Assembly: GCA_043747615.1 (NCBI GenBank)
Contig: JAYTOU010000007.1
Span: forward strand, 35,606-99,605
Reading direction: 5' to 3'
From: Myxococcales bacterium
Lineage (GTDB): Bacteria > Myxococcota_A > Polyangia > Polyangiales > Polyangiaceae
Length of the DNA stretch: 64,000 bases
Shown: one piece after another, positions 44,677 to 55,280 of the stretch
How positions within the stretch are numbered: the stretch's first letter is position 1
Layout: each line of letters begins with the position of its first letter
Made by a program: the position numbers and the translations under genes
The notes under the pieces: model-generated
The model's input: only the letters and a program-made list of their open reading frames with translations
The model's database searches: none
Told to the model about the DNA's origin: nothing

Positions 44677-47592
44677 TCAAAGGCGCTGTTTGACTTCCTC
44701 GATCTCGAAGGATTCGATGATGTCTTTCTCCTTGAGGTCGTTGTAGCCATCGAGGCTGATGCCGCACTCGAAGCCCTCTTGGACGTCTTTCACGTCGTCC
44801 TTGAAGCGCTTGAGGGCGTCGATCTTTCCTTCGAACACGACGGACCCGTCGCGAACCAGGCGGGCTTTGCCCGAGCGTTTGACGCCGCCTTCGATGACGT
44901 AGCAGCCGGCGACGGCCACCCCTCGCACCTTGAACACCTGGCGGACTTCCGCCTTGCCGCTCATCTTCTCGACGAGCGTCGGAGGGAGGAGACCTTCCAT
45001 CGCGCTCTTCACGTCGTCGATCGCGTTGTAGATGATCGAGTAGATCCGGATCTCGATCTTGTTCTCTTCGGCGAGGGCCGAGGCTTTCCCGGCCGGGCGG
45101 ACGTTGAAGCCGAGGACGATGGCCTTGGCCGCGATGGCCAGGTTGACGTCGCCTTCGGTGATCGCGCCGACGCCGGCGTGGATGATCGCCAGACGCACGC
45201 GGTCGGTCGAGAGCTTGGCCAGCGCGTCGGCCACCGCTTCGATGGACCCTTGCACGTCACCCTTGATGATGACGCGGAGCTCCTGCTGACTCGCGTCTGC
45301 CATGCGCTTCGAGAGCTCCTCGAGCGACACTTTCGCCGTTGCCGGGATGATGCTTCGCGCCATCTTCCCCTTGCGGCTCTCTGCGATCTCCTGGGCTTTT
45401 TTGGCGTCTTTGACGACGTGCATCGGATCGCCGGCACCCGGTACGTCGGAGAGGCCGAGGATCTCGACCGGCGTCGACGGCGGAGCTTCCTGGATTTGCT
45501 TTCCGTGCTCGTTGGTCATCGCGCGGACTTTTCCGAAGCCCGGACCGGCGAGGATGAAGTCGCCGACCTTGAGCGTACCGTCCTGCACGAGAACGCGCGC
45601 CACCGGGCCACGGCCGCGATCGAGGAGAGCTTCGAGCACGGTTCCGCTCGCTGCAAGCTTCGGATTCGCCTTGAGGTCGAGGACCTCGGCCTGGAGGGCC
45701 ACCATCTCGAGGAGGTGGTCGATGCCTTCGCCGGTCATGGCGGAGACGTTTGCGAAGATGGTCTCGCCGCCCCACTCTTCGGGCTGGAGACCGAGCTCGA
45801 CGAGCTCGCGACGCGCGCGCTCGGGCTCTGCGCCGGGCTTGTCGATCTTGTTGACGGCGACGATGATCGGAACCTTCGCGGCCTTGGCGTGGTTCACGGC
45901 TTCCTTGGTCTGCGGCATGACGCCGTCGTCTGCGGCAACGACGAGGATGACGAGGTCGGTCACGGATGCGCCGCGGGCTCGCATCTGCGTGAACGCTTCG
46001 TGACCTGGCGTGTCGAGGAACACGATCATCCCGTGCGGGGTCGTGACCTTGTAGGCGCCGATGTGCTGGGTGATGCCGCCTGCTTCGCCACCCGCCACAT
46101 TTGCCTTGCGGATCTTGTCGAGGAGGCTCGTCTTGCCATGGTCGACGTGACCCATGACCGTGACGACCGGCGGGCGCGTCAGGCGGGCTTCGTCGGTGGT
46201 GACCACCTTCTCGGTGACCGTTCCTGCGTCGGCTTTCGCGCCGTCGGACTTCGCGACTTCTTCGCCGCGGGCGGCCGCGATGCTCTCTTCTTCGCTCTGC
46301 GCGACGTCCTCGAGCTCCCAGCCGAACTCGGAGGCCAGGATCTTCGCCGTGTCTGCGTCGAGCGTGGTGTTGATGTGCACGCCGGTCATGCCCATCGAAA
46401 GAAGCTTCATGAGAAGCTCCGTCGACTTTAGGGACATCTTCTGCGCCATCGTCTGGAGCGTGATGTTCTCCTCGATTCGAATGACCTTCTTGTGGTCGCT
46501 CATCTCCTTGGTCGAGACGACGCCCGAGGGCTTCCGCATTGGGGCGCCGCCGAACATTCTTCCGCGCGCGCCACCCGCTCCGCCGCGGCCCATCATCGGA
46601 CGACCTTGCTGCGGACCGCCTGCCCTCATGTTTGCGCGGGGAGGCCCGCCCGTCGCTGCGCCTGCGCGCGGATCATACTGGACGCGACGTGCCATCGCGC
46701 CTGCTGCTCCGCCACCGATCGCGGTGCGCGGTGCGCTCGCAGGCGTGGGCATCGGAACTCCGGGCCGACCCGTCCAGTACTCGACGCCCGTCTTGGGAGC
46801 GGCCGGACGTGGCGTGGGAATGGTAGGACTCGCGACCGCCTCGTAGCGAACTTCTTCTTGGGGAGCAGCGGCAACGAACCGCGACGACTCGCGATCGCGC
46901 GGGGCGACATGCTCGTTCGGTGCGCGGGCGTCGCCAGGCGTGTTGGGCGGAGGCACGGGCGAATCGAGCGTCGACGATTGGGCCGGCATTGCCGCGGCCT
47001 CGACGTTGTCAGGCAGCGCGGCCGGCGGCGCTTCTTCGGCTGCGCGCTCTTCGACGTTGCGCGTCGATACGCGGCGCGTGCTCTTTCGCTCGGCGGGAAG
47101 CGCAGGGGCAGACGGCGCGACGTCGCGGACGCTCTTGCGCTCCTCGACCATCGTGGGGCTCGAGGCCTGCGCCGGAGGCAAACGGCCTGAATCGCGATCG
47201 CGCGTGACGACACGGCCACGTGGAGTCGATTCTGCTGCTTGCGCCTCCCGGGGTGCTTGTCCGTGACCGTTGTGATCGTCGTGAGCTGCGCCGACATCGG
47301 TGTGACTGCTCGGGGGAGCCGGGGGAATCGCGCGCGATGAGGGGACGGAATCCGGCCCAGCGGGCTTGGCGACAGCGCGACGCTTGACGACGCCGTGACG
47401 GACGCGCTCCTCGACGACATCGTGCGTCCGCTGCTTTTCGAGGTGGCGCTTCACGCGCTCCACCGCTTCGGGCTCGACGGAGCTCATATGGTTCCGCACG
47501 TCGTTGATGCCGACGGCCTGGAACAGCGCCACCACCGACTTGGGGTCGAGGTTGAGCTGCTTAGCGACTTCGTAAACGCGAACCTTGCTCAT
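44677..47592 (-). CDS. infB: Translation initiation factor IF-2
   Basis: [12 protein letters not shown]-terminus; [16 protein letters not shown] and NKID; C-terminal GFECGI. Confidence 0.98.
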   Translation of the reverse strand: MSKVRVYEVAKQLNLDPKSVVALFQAVGINDVRNHMSSVEPEAVERVKRHLEKQRTHDVVEERVRHGVVKRRAVAKPAGPDSVPSSRAIPPAPPSSHTDVGAAHDDHNGHGQAPREAQAAESTPRGRVVTRDRDSGRLPPAQASSPTMVEERKSVRDVAPSAPALPAERKSTRRVSTRNVEERAAEEAPPAALPDNVEAAAMPAQSSTLDSPVPPPNTPGDARAPNEHVAPRDRESSRFVAAAPQEEVRYEAVASPTIPTPRPAAPKTGVEYWTGRPGVPMPTPASAPRTAIGGGAAGAMARRVQYDPRAGAATGGPPRANMRAGGPQQGRPMMGRGGAGGARGRMFGGAPMRKPSGVVSTKEMSDHKKVIRIEENITLQTMAQKMSLKSTELLMKLLSMGMTGVHINTTLDADTAKILASEFGWELEDVAQSEEESIAAARGEEVAKSDGAKADAGTVTEKVVTTDEARLTRPPVVTVMGHVDHGKTSLLDKIRKANVAGGEAGGITQHIGAYKVTTPHGMIVFLDTPGHEAFTQMRARGASVTDLVILVVAADDGVMPQTKEAVNHAKAAKVPIIVAVNKIDKPGAEPERARRELVELGLQPEEWGGETIFANVSAMTGEGIDHLLEMVALQAEVLDLKANPKLAASGTVLEALLDRGRGPVARVLVQDGTLKVGDFILAGPGFGKVRAMTNEHGKQIQEAPPSTPVEILGLSDVPGAGDPMHVVKDAKKAQEIAESRKGKMARSIIPATAKVSLEELSKRMADASQQELRVIIKGDVQGSIEAVADALAKLSTDRVRLAIIHAGVGAITEGDVNLAIAAKAIVLGFNVRPAGKASALAEENKIEIRIYSIIYNAIDDVKSAMEGLLPPTLVEKMSGKAEVRQVFKVRGVAVAGCYVIEGGVKRSGKARLVRDGSVVFEGKIDALKRFKDDVKDVQEGFECGISLDGYNDLKEKDIIESFEIEEVKQRL

Positions 47593-48284
47593 CGAGCCTC
47601 CCGAGGCGTTCTGCATACGTCACTCCCCAAATTTTTCGAGCCGGCTCTCTCACCTGAGGAGCCACTTGAGATGCCTGAAACAGCATCTTTTCCCGCGCAA
47701 ACTTTCATCATCTCGGCCGCGATCGATTTGTTCGTTACCGCCGCGATCGCTACTTCGCTGCGCCCGAGGAGACCCCCGATGCGCTCTTTCGTTCCCCACG
47801 CGACTGCCCGTCCTTCGGCAATGGCATCGGCGACCGTCATCTTCTCGATCACACTCCCTGCATCGCGCGCAACGACGACGAGCGGAGCGTCTTTACCGAG
47901 CGCGGCACATGCGGCGTCGGCTCCGATTTCCAGGGCGTTCGTTCGCCGCGCGGCGAGAACGAGGCCTTCCATCCGCCGATCGAGGGCATCGGCCATCTGG
48001 GTGCCGAGCTCCGCCGGTGTGACCCGCACGTTGGTCTTCATGGCCCGTGCGATGCCACCCTTGCAGGCCTTGGCAAGGCAATCGGGCCGCGGATGAACGT
48101 GTGCGCCGCGACCGAACGAGCCGTCGCCGGCGTCGACCGCGACGTCTCCGTCTGGAGAAAGAATGAGACGAACGAACACCGACGGGTGGTCCTTCTCCCC
48201 GCAGCCGACGCAGGTGCGCGCACGTTTGCCCGGCTCCCCGCGAGGGTGCTCTTCCTTCGTTCTTGTGATGATTTCCACGTTCAT
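47589..48284 (-). CDS. YlxR (DUF448)-L7Ae fusion RNA-binding protein
   Basis: RTCVGC and GRGAHV...CL (YlxR) followed by VVVARDA and IGGLLGR (L7Ae); located between nusA and infB. Confidence 0.85.
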   Translation of the reverse strand: MNVEIITRTKEEHPRGEPGKRARTCVGCGEKDHPSVFVRLILSPDGDVAVDAGDGSFGRGAHVHPRPDCLAKACKGGIARAMKTNVRVTPAELGTQMADALDRRMEGLVLAARRTNALEIGADAACAALGKDAPLVVVARDAGSVIEKMTVADAIAEGRAVAWGTKERIGGLLGRSEVAIAAVTNKSIAAEMMKVCAGKDAVSGISSGSSGERAGSKNLGSDVCRTPREAR

Positions 48285-48307
48285 CGACTCTTTTTTCTCT
48301 ACGACTT

Positions 48308-49957
48308 TCAGACCGAGGCCTCGCGCTCTTTGGCGGCCTTCACCGCTTCTTTACGCGCTGATTCGATCACCTTGAACTCGCTGCTCAGGAACTGCTCGGC
48401 GCCCTGCTTGATGGCCCGTGCCTTCTTGATGCCGAGGCCCGTCTTGATCGCGAGCTTGTCTTCGTCTTCGCGGTGAATGTCTTCTGCGGTTTTGTATCCG
48501 GCCTCTTCGAGCAGCTGGATGGTGCGCTCGCCGATCCCGCGCACGAAGAGAAGACGCTCCCTCTCGGTGAACGGCTCGATGCGGTTCGCGGTGGCCTGGA
48601 TGCGCTCCTGACGGAGGCGCTCCATGGTCGTCTCGGCGTTCTCTTTGATTTTTCCGGCGGTGTCGCCGAGCCCAGGAATGGCCGCAAGCTCGGCTTCAGT
48701 GGCTTCAGCGAGCTCCTCGAGCGCGCGGAATCCGAGCCGGTACATGCTGCGCGCGATGGCGTCGGTCACGCCTTCGATCTGCTGGAGGGCGCTGATGGCT
48801 TCTTCTTCCATCTGCTTGAACTTCGACTCGCTGATGATGTCGAGCTTCCAGCCCGTGAGCTGGGCCGCGAGGCGAACGTTCTGTCCTTTCCGCCCGATGG
48901 CGAGGGAGAGCTTCTCGTCGGGAACCACGAGCTCCATGCGCCCGTCTGCTTCGTCGACGATGACCTTGTTCACTTCGGCGGGCTGGATGGCTGCGCAGAC
49001 GAAGCGTGCCGGATCGCGATCGTACGGAACGATGTCGATCTTCTCGCCACGCAATTCCTGAACGACGGCTTGCACGCGCGAGCCCTTCATTCCGACGCAC
49101 GCGCCCACCGGATCGACGTCTGCGTCGCGGCTGGTCACGGCGATCTTCGAACGCGCCCCGGGCTCACGTGCGCAGGCCACGATGCGGACGATGCCTTCGT
49201 AGATCTCCGGCACCTCGGACTCGAAAAGCTTCTCTACGAGCTTGGGGTCGCTCCGACTCAAGATGACCTGCGGCCCGCGGGCCTCGCGATCGATGTCCTT
49301 CACCCAGGCCACGACGCGGTCGCCCGGACGGTACGTTTCGCGCGGGGTCTGCTCGCGGAAGGGCAGAATGCCTTCGGTGCGGCCGAGATCGACGATGAGG
49401 TTGTTCCCCTTCTCGAAGCGGCGGACGACGCCCTTGATGAGCTCACCCTTGCGATCCTTGAACTCGTTGAAAATCAAATCGCGTTCTTCGTCGCGGACGC
49501 GCTGAATCAATACTTGCTTCGCGGTCTGCGCGGCGATGCGCCCAAACGAGGTGCGGGCCTGCTTCACGCTGAGCAGGTCGCCGAATTCTTTGTCTTGCTC
49601 CGCCGCTTTCTTCGCGTCGGACGGGTGCCAGAAAATCTGGAATCCAAGCTCTTCGCCGAGCTCTGCTTCGAGGCCGCACTTAATGGCGTCCTCCAGGCTG
49701 ATCTCGCGGTCCTCGTCGGACACGTCGTCCACCACGGTCATGTACTGGAAGAGATCGACCTGCCCGGTCTGCTCGTTGAAGCGGGCTTCGAGCTCGCGCA
49801 TCGGGCCGAAAGCGCTTTGCGCGGCCTTCAGAATAGCCTCTTCCACGGTCTTGATGAGCCTGCTCTTGTCGATGCCTTTGTCCTTCGCGACCATCTCAAT
49901 CGCTTGGAACAGGCTCGGGTCGGGCTGGGTCGGATTCTGCTGATTTGAAATGGCCAT
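48308..49957 (-). CDS. nusA: Transcription termination/antitermination factor NusA
   Basis: FGRIAAQTAKQV, S1 and KH domains (REPGARSKIAV, AIGRKGQNVRLA) and C-terminal HhH repeats. Confidence 0.98.
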   Translation of the reverse strand: MAISNQQNPTQPDPSLFQAIEMVAKDKGIDKSRLIKTVEEAILKAAQSAFGPMRELEARFNEQTGQVDLFQYMTVVDDVSDEDREISLEDAIKCGLEAELGEELGFQIFWHPSDAKKAAEQDKEFGDLLSVKQARTSFGRIAAQTAKQVLIQRVRDEERDLIFNEFKDRKGELIKGVVRRFEKGNNLIVDLGRTEGILPFREQTPRETYRPGDRVVAWVKDIDREARGPQVILSRSDPKLVEKLFESEVPEIYEGIVRIVACAREPGARSKIAVTSRDADVDPVGACVGMKGSRVQAVVQELRGEKIDIVPYDRDPARFVCAAIQPAEVNKVIVDEADGRMELVVPDEKLSLAIGRKGQNVRLAAQLTGWKLDIISESKFKQMEEEAISALQQIEGVTDAIARSMYRLGFRALEELAEATEAELAAIPGLGDTAGKIKENAETTMERLRQERIQATANRIEPFTERERLLFVRGIGERTIQLLEEAGYKTAEDIHREDEDKLAIKTGLGIKKARAIKQGAEQFLSSEFKVIESARKEAVKAAKEREASV

Positions 49958-49961
49958 AGTC

Positions 49962-50534
49962 TTACCTCTGAATATCCTTGGCTCTGGGCGACTTCTTCTT
50001 ACCGGGCTTCGGCGCGGGGCCGAATTCGAAAACAAGACGGGCGGAGGAAACGTTGTCTAGGGTGAACTCGAACGTTTGATCGCCATCTGTGAGGGAAATC
50101 TTCTCACCTTGATCGGTGGAGATCTTCCCGACGAGCAGCTTTTGCCCGTTTACCGCGGAGTGAAGCCTTACTTTGGCTTTGTGGCCGTTGAAGCGGACGA
50201 AATCGCGGGCCTTCTTCAGAGCCCGCTCGACCCCGGGGGAGCTGACCTCGAGGTGGTAACGGTGAGGGACGAGATCCGCGACGTCGAGCGCCGGGCTTAG
50301 GTCGCGCGCCACGTTCGCACACAATTGGAGATCGACCGCGGCGTCCGACGTCGTCGCGTTCTTCTCGGCGCTTCCCGCCTTTTCGACCGAGATGCGCAGG
50401 ACCCAGCCGCCCGTCTCCGTCTTGAAATCGATGTCCACCACCTCGGCGCCATGGGCGTGCGCGATCGGCGCGAGGACGCCGTTGAGCGCCTCGAGATCGA
50501 TTCCGTGAAGATGAGTTTTTGCGTCCTGGGTCAT
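49962..50534 (-). CDS. rimP: Ribosome maturation factor RimP
   Basis: C..V.R.LS.ALD..D and YHLEVSSPGVERAL; first gene of the nusA-infB operon. Confidence 0.95.
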   Translation of the reverse strand: MTQDAKTHLHGIDLEALNGVLAPIAHAHGAEVVDIDFKTETGGWVLRISVEKAGSAEKNATTSDAAVDLQLCANVARDLSPALDVADLVPHRYHLEVSSPGVERALKKARDFVRFNGHKAKVRLHSAVNGQKLLVGKISTDQGEKISLTDGDQTFEFTLDNVSSARLVFEFGPAPKPGKKKSPRAKDIQR

Positions 50535-50548
50535 GGTCACTACGTTTG

Positions 50549-50593
50549 CAAACAAAATAAAAAACGCGGCACCCGGTGTGGGGTCCGCGTTTC
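50549..50593 (-). terminator. Hairpin plus U-tract in the rimP leader (attenuator-like)
   Basis: Minus strand AAACGCGG-ACCC-CACACC-GGGT-G-CCGCGTTT followed by TTTATTTTGTTT, just upstream of the rimP start. Confidence 0.75.
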
Positions 50594-50680
50594 TCTAAAC
50601 CACCAACTGGGGGCGGGAACCTAAACGCTCCTGCCCGTTCAGGCAAGCGATCTAGGCAACGCCCCCGAATATAAGGCGAT

Positions 50681-52906
50681 TTAGGGGCTCGGAAAGACCG
50701 GGTCCTTCTTCTTCGGAGTCTTGGGCGCCTCAGCTGCCGCGGGGTCCTGCTCCAAAATAATGAACTGCACGCGACGATTTCGCGCTTTGTTGGCGGTGGT
50801 GACGTTCGGCACGAGCGGCTTCTCTTGACCGAAGCCGCGCGCAACGAGGCGGCCTGGGTCGACGCCGTGCTGGGTGAGCCACGTCCGGACCGCTTCTGCG
50901 CGCTGCTCGCTGAGGATCTTGTTGTGGTCGGCGGAACCGGTGTTGTCGGTGTGGCCCTGGATTTCGACGCGCTTGATTCGCGCCGTACGGATGACAGCGT
51001 CTGCGATCTCCGTCATGAGCTGAAGCGACTCAGGCAGAATCACAGCGGAATCCGTGGCGAACTGGATCTGCTGCTTCATCGTGATCTCGGTCTTGCCGAC
51101 GTTGACGAGCGCGACCTTGGGTCGCTTGCGCACGAGCAAGTCGGTGTCGTTGTCCTGACGGACCTTCACGTCGATGGGCTGGACGAGCTCGAGGTACCCT
51201 TCGGCGTCGACGGAGAGCGACGCGGTTCCCGGCGCGACTTCGCTTGCGCGAAAATTCCCGGAGCCGTCGCTTGTGAGGCTGGTGTCTCGCTTGGCGCTGT
51301 CGGTGAGCTTGACCGAGGCATTCGGCACGCCGGCTTGCGTCTCGGCGTCCTTGACGTGACCGACGATGTTGCCGACCCTCGGGAGCGCTTCGAGCGGGCA
51401 GTCGATCTGCACGTCCTGACCGCCTTTGGTGAGCGAGCCCGCGCAGGTGCCGTCCTTGAATCCGTCGGCCTTGAGCGCGAAGTTGTAGCTGCCCTCGAGG
51501 AGCTCTTGGGTGGTGAAGCGACCATCCGGACCGGTGGCAAGTGAGGTGAGCTCGGGATGATTTTCCCAGGCGACGATCACGTTCGCGACGCCTTCGCTCT
51601 TCTCCTTCTCGTGGACGAAACCCTTGACCCGCGAGCGGACGGGGGGCTTTCCCTCGATCGTCTTCTCGACGACTTTGATCTTCTCGACCGGCGGCCTGTC
51701 CCAGGTATCGATGGCCCAGCCTGCGCCGAGAAAGAGCGTCCACGGGGCGACTGGCGCGAGCTCCTCGACGAAGTTGCCGGTTCCGGTGACGCCGATGTCG
51801 AGCGCGGCCGTGAGGGCAAAGCCCTTCTTCCACGGGAGAAAGCGGCTACCGATGGTCAGCCTGCTCGGGACGAGAGCGTCGTTGGCGATGCACTTGTCGC
51901 CGCTGACGTTGTTCGGCTTGCACAGGTAGCCCTGGCGGTTGTTCGGGATCAGCAGGTTGTACTCGAGGAACGGACGAATCCGGTTCTCGAGGAGGAACAC
52001 TTCCCCGCCGAGCGCCATGTCGAGGTGATCGACGCGGTTGACGTTCAGGCCGAAGCGCTCGATGCGGGTGACCGGCTGATTGCGCCTGTTCGGAGCCTCC
52101 GTCGCCTTGAGCACGTCCCCCGAGTTGTCGAACATGTAGTCGAGGTTGAAGCTGAAACGGAGCGGGAGCTTGCTCTCCATTCCACGCATGTCCATGGTCA
52201 CGATCGGGCCGAGCTTGAAGCCTGTTCCGCCGCCGTCGAGGCCGACCGAGCCCGTGCCGTTGATGAGCCACAGCTCGGTGAAGCCGCCGACCGCGAAGAC
52301 CTTGGAGAGCGGGAAGTAGGCCTTGAGGCCGAAGTTCGTGTCGCCGAGCACCTGAAGGAGCGACGGCCGATTCTGGTCGTCGGAGTTTGCGTACGCGCCG
52401 GTGCCAGCGTAGGCGTCGAGCCACTTGGTGATGGTCACGCCGAGGGTGAGCGTGCCGCCGATGTGGTCGAGCGTGTCGCCGGCGATCTTTCCAGCGCCCG
52501 CCGGGTTCTTACAGGGATTTTCCGCCGTGCAGAGGAAGCCCGCGGAGAAGTACTCGGTCGTGAAGCCGAGACGGAACTGACCTGGCGCGCTCCCGGCCGC
52601 GTGGTGCATGTGGAGGAGACCGACTCCGCCCGTCAGGTTACTCGACTCGCCGAGGCGCAGGTCGCGTTCGGCCCACTCGGCGTCGACGGCATCCGGCGCG
52701 GCTGCGGCTGCGGGAGACGCGGTCGCGTTTGCTTGTGCGCCACCGGACGTCGAGCCACTACCGCCGAAAGTCACGGTGCTCTGTGCATGGGCAGGCATTG
52801 CTCCGAGCGACGCGGCGAGCAATACACCGGCGAGTGGCGCACCTCGCGAGAGCCAACGGGGTGAAAAGCTAAGTTGCGGACCCGATTTAAGCTTCTTAGC
52901 AATCAT
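50681..52906 (-). CDS. OmpA family outer-membrane protein (barrel, carboxypeptidase-regulatory-like repeats, OmpA C-terminal domain)
   Basis: Signal peptide ending AHA; IQFATDS, IQGHTDNTG, LSEQRAEAV and NRRVQF; start uncertain. Confidence 0.88.
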   Translation of the reverse strand: MIAKKLKSGPQLSFSPRWLSRGAPLAGVLLAASLGAMPAHAQSTVTFGGSGSTSGGAQANATASPAAAAAPDAVDAEWAERDLRLGESSNLTGGVGLLHMHHAAGSAPGQFRLGFTTEYFSAGFLCTAENPCKNPAGAGKIAGDTLDHIGGTLTLGVTITKWLDAYAGTGAYANSDDQNRPSLLQVLGDTNFGLKAYFPLSKVFAVGGFTELWLINGTGSVGLDGGGTGFKLGPIVTMDMRGMESKLPLRFSFNLDYMFDNSGDVLKATEAPNRRNQPVTRIERFGLNVNRVDHLDMALGGEVFLLENRIRPFLEYNLLIPNNRQGYLCKPNNVSGDKCIANDALVPSRLTIGSRFLPWKKGFALTAALDIGVTGTGNFVEELAPVAPWTLFLGAGWAIDTWDRPPVEKIKVVEKTIEGKPPVRSRVKGFVHEKEKSEGVANVIVAWENHPELTSLATGPDGRFTTQELLEGSYNFALKADGFKDGTCAGSLTKGGQDVQIDCPLEALPRVGNIVGHVKDAETQAGVPNASVKLTDSAKRDTSLTSDGSGNFRASEVAPGTASLSVDAEGYLELVQPIDVKVRQDNDTDLLVRKRPKVALVNVGKTEITMKQQIQFATDSAVILPESLQLMTEIADAVIRTARIKRVEIQGHTDNTGSADHNKILSEQRAEAVRTWLTQHGVDPGRLVARGFGQEKPLVPNVTTANKARNRRVQFIILEQDPAAAEAPKTPKKKDPVFPSP

Positions 52907-52962
52907 GCTAATGGGACTTGTACTACTGTTTCTGCGCAAGCGGAAACCTCTTAGAGCCCGAA

Positions 52963-54360
52963 ATGCCGAACCCTCTTCGCCCTGGTTCCCGGGGCCGCAT
53001 TCTCATCGTCGACGACGAAGCGAACGCGCGCGCGGCGCTTAGCGAAATACTTCACGACGAGGGCTATGCCACCGAAACGGCGGCCGATGGCTTCAAGGCG
53101 CTCGGGAAGCTCGAAGAGTTCGCCCCCGACGTGATCCTCACCGATCTGAAGATGCCCGGGCTCGACGGCATCGCGTTCATGGAAAAGGCAAAGGCCGCGG
53201 CACCGGGTGCGGTCTTCGTGGTGATGACCGCCTTCGGGACGATCACCAGCGCCGTCGCTGCGGTGAAAAAAGGCGCCGAAAATTACCTCACCAAGCCCCT
53301 CGAGATGGAGGCCCTGAGCGCGGTGATCGAGCGGGCGATGGAAAAAGCGCGGCTGCTCCAAGAGACGCGGCAACTCCGCGATCGCTTGCGTGAGCGAAAT
53401 GCCTTCGGGATGATCGTCAGCGACGATCCGAAGATGAAGGCGATCCTGGATCTCGTCGTCCAGGTGGGTCCGAGCCGCGCGAGCGTGCTCATCAGCGGCG
53501 AGAGCGGCACCGGAAAAGAGCTGATCGCCGAGTCGATCCACGCCGCCTCTCCTCGCGCGCAGAAGCCTTTCATCCGCCTCAATTGCGCAGCGTTGGCCGA
53601 GTCACTCCTCGAGAGCGAGCTGTTCGGCCACGAGCGCGGAAGCTTCACCGGCGCCGTCGGTCGCCGCGAAGGCCGCTTCAAGCAAGCCGACGGCGGCTCG
53701 CTTTTTCTCGACGAAATCAGCGAAATTCCCCAGGGCACACAGGTCAAGCTCCTGCGCTTTCTGCAGGAGCGCACGTTCGAGCGCGTCGGTGGGAACGAGA
53801 CCCAGAAGGTCGACGTGCGTGTCATCGCCGCGACCAACCGCGATCTGAAAGCGGAGATCGCCAAGGGGACGTTTCGCGAAGATCTCTTCTACCGCTTGAA
53901 CGTGGTGGCGATCGACCTCCCTCCACTCCGACAGCGCCGTGGGGACGTCCCCGCTCTGGCGAGCTTCTTCCTCCGGCGCTACGCGGCAGAAAACGGACGG
54001 ACCATCGATGGCATCTCCGAGGACGCGCTGGCTCGCCTCTCGAGCTACGCTTGGCCCGGCAACGTGCGCGAGCTCGAAAACGTGATGGAACGCGCCGTGG
54101 TCCTGTGCGACGCGGGGCAGATCGAGACCAAGCATCTCCCACCCACCATGGTGCCGCACGAGGAGCGCGAAGGCATTCCTTCCATTCCGGGCGCGACGAT
54201 CGCCGACTTGGAAAAGTACGCCATCCTGAAGACGCTCGAAGCCTGCGCAGGCTCGACCTCGAAGGCGGCGATGCTCTTGGGCGTCTCCACTCGCAAGATT
54301 CAGTACAAGCTCCACGAGTACGGAACGGGACCGCTCCCCACCGAGAAAGAGGACCGATGA
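52963..54360 (+). CDS. Sigma54-dependent response regulator (NtrC family)
   Basis: Receiver (IVDDE, TDLKMP, TAFG, KP); GESGTGKE, GSFTGA, FLDEI, WPGNVREL; Fis-type HTH. Confidence 0.95.
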   Translation: MPNPLRPGSRGRILIVDDEANARAALSEILHDEGYATETAADGFKALGKLEEFAPDVILTDLKMPGLDGIAFMEKAKAAAPGAVFVVMTAFGTITSAVAAVKKGAENYLTKPLEMEALSAVIERAMEKARLLQETRQLRDRLRERNAFGMIVSDDPKMKAILDLVVQVGPSRASVLISGESGTGKELIAESIHAASPRAQKPFIRLNCAALAESLLESELFGHERGSFTGAVGRREGRFKQADGGSLFLDEISEIPQGTQVKLLRFLQERTFERVGGNETQKVDVRVIAATNRDLKAEIAKGTFREDLFYRLNVVAIDLPPLRQRRGDVPALASFFLRRYAAENGRTIDGISEDALARLSSYAWPGNVRELENVMERAVVLCDAGQIETKHLPPTMVPHEEREGIPSIPGATIADLEKYAILKTLEACAGSTSKAAMLLGVSTRKIQYKLHEYGTGPLPTEKEDR

Positions 54361-55280
54361 CCACGCCCGTGCTCGTCGTCGACAAGCTCAAAAAGACGTT
54401 CAGGAAGCCCTTTACCGGTCGAAAAGTGGAAGCGGTGAAAGACATTTCTTTCGAGGTCTACGAAGGAGAAATCTTCGGTTTTCTAGGGCCGAACGGTGCA
54501 GGGAAAACCACGACGATCAAGATGCTCACGGGCCTCATTGCGCCCACGAGCGGCTCGGCGATGATCCTCGGCGAGCCCGCCCCTTCTCCCGAGGCCATGA
54601 AGGGCGTCGGCTTCTTGCCGGAGAACCCGTACGTCTATCCGTACCTAACGCCGCGCGAATTCGTGACCCTGTGCGGTCGGTTGAGCGGCGTTTCCGGCGC
54701 GCATATTTTCGGTCGCGTCGAAGCGGTGATTCAAAAAGTAGGAATGAGCACGGCGATCGATCGCCCGGTGCGGAACCTCTCGAAGGGCATGCTCCAGCGC
54801 GTGGGGCTCGCCGCGGCATTGGTGCACGAGCCAAAGCTCCTCATCCTCGACGAGCCAATGAGCGGCCTCGATCCGGTGGGGCGCAAGGACGTGCGCGATC
54901 TGATCTTGGAGGAGAAAAAAGCGGGCAGAACGGTCTTTTTCTCGAGCCATATTTTAACGGACGTGGAGATGATCTGCGACCGCGTGACGATCTTGCGAAC
55001 CGGGCGGGTCGTCGTTGCAGGAGCGATGAAGGAGCTCCTCGCCGCGGGAAGCCGTCATAGCGAGATCACTCTGGAGGACGTCTCGCCCGAGCTCCGAGCG
55101 TCGTTCGGCGCCGCGGGGTACGTCATGCGTGAAGCGGGAACGCGCCTGGTCGTCGACGTGGTGGGCGACGAAGGGGTGCGAAGCGTTCTCGAGCAAGCCC
55201 TCGCCTCGGCGGCGGTCGTCGAAAGCGTCACTCCGAAGCGCGAGACCCTCGAGCAGATCTTCGTGCGTCGCGCGCTCTAG
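54357..55280 (+). CDS. ABC transporter ATP-binding protein (ABC-2/PilH-like)
   Basis: GPNGAGKT, LSKGM, ILDEP and SSH; ATGA overlap with the regulator. Confidence 0.9.
   Translation: MTTPVLVVDKLKKTFRKPFTGRKVEAVKDISFEVYEGEIFGFLGPNGAGKTTTIKMLTGLIAPTSGSAMILGEPAPSPEAMKGVGFLPENPYVYPYLTPREFVTLCGRLSGVSGAHIFGRVEAVIQKVGMSTAIDRPVRNLSKGMLQRVGLAAALVHEPKLLILDEPMSGLDPVGRKDVRDLILEEKKAGRTVFFSSHILTDVEMICDRVTILRTGRVVVAGAMKELLAAGSRHSEITLEDVSPELRASFGAAGYVMREAGTRLVVDVVGDEGVRSVLEQALASAAVVESVTPKRETLEQIFVRRAL

Noticed and set aside
47589..48284. YlxR-L7Ae fusion as a novelty
   Set aside because: Both domains are normal residents of the nusA-infB operon and fusions occur in other bacteria
50681..52906. OmpA protein as TraB of outer-membrane exchange
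   Set aside because: No thrombospondin type 3 Asp-rich repeats and no adjacent traA-like gene
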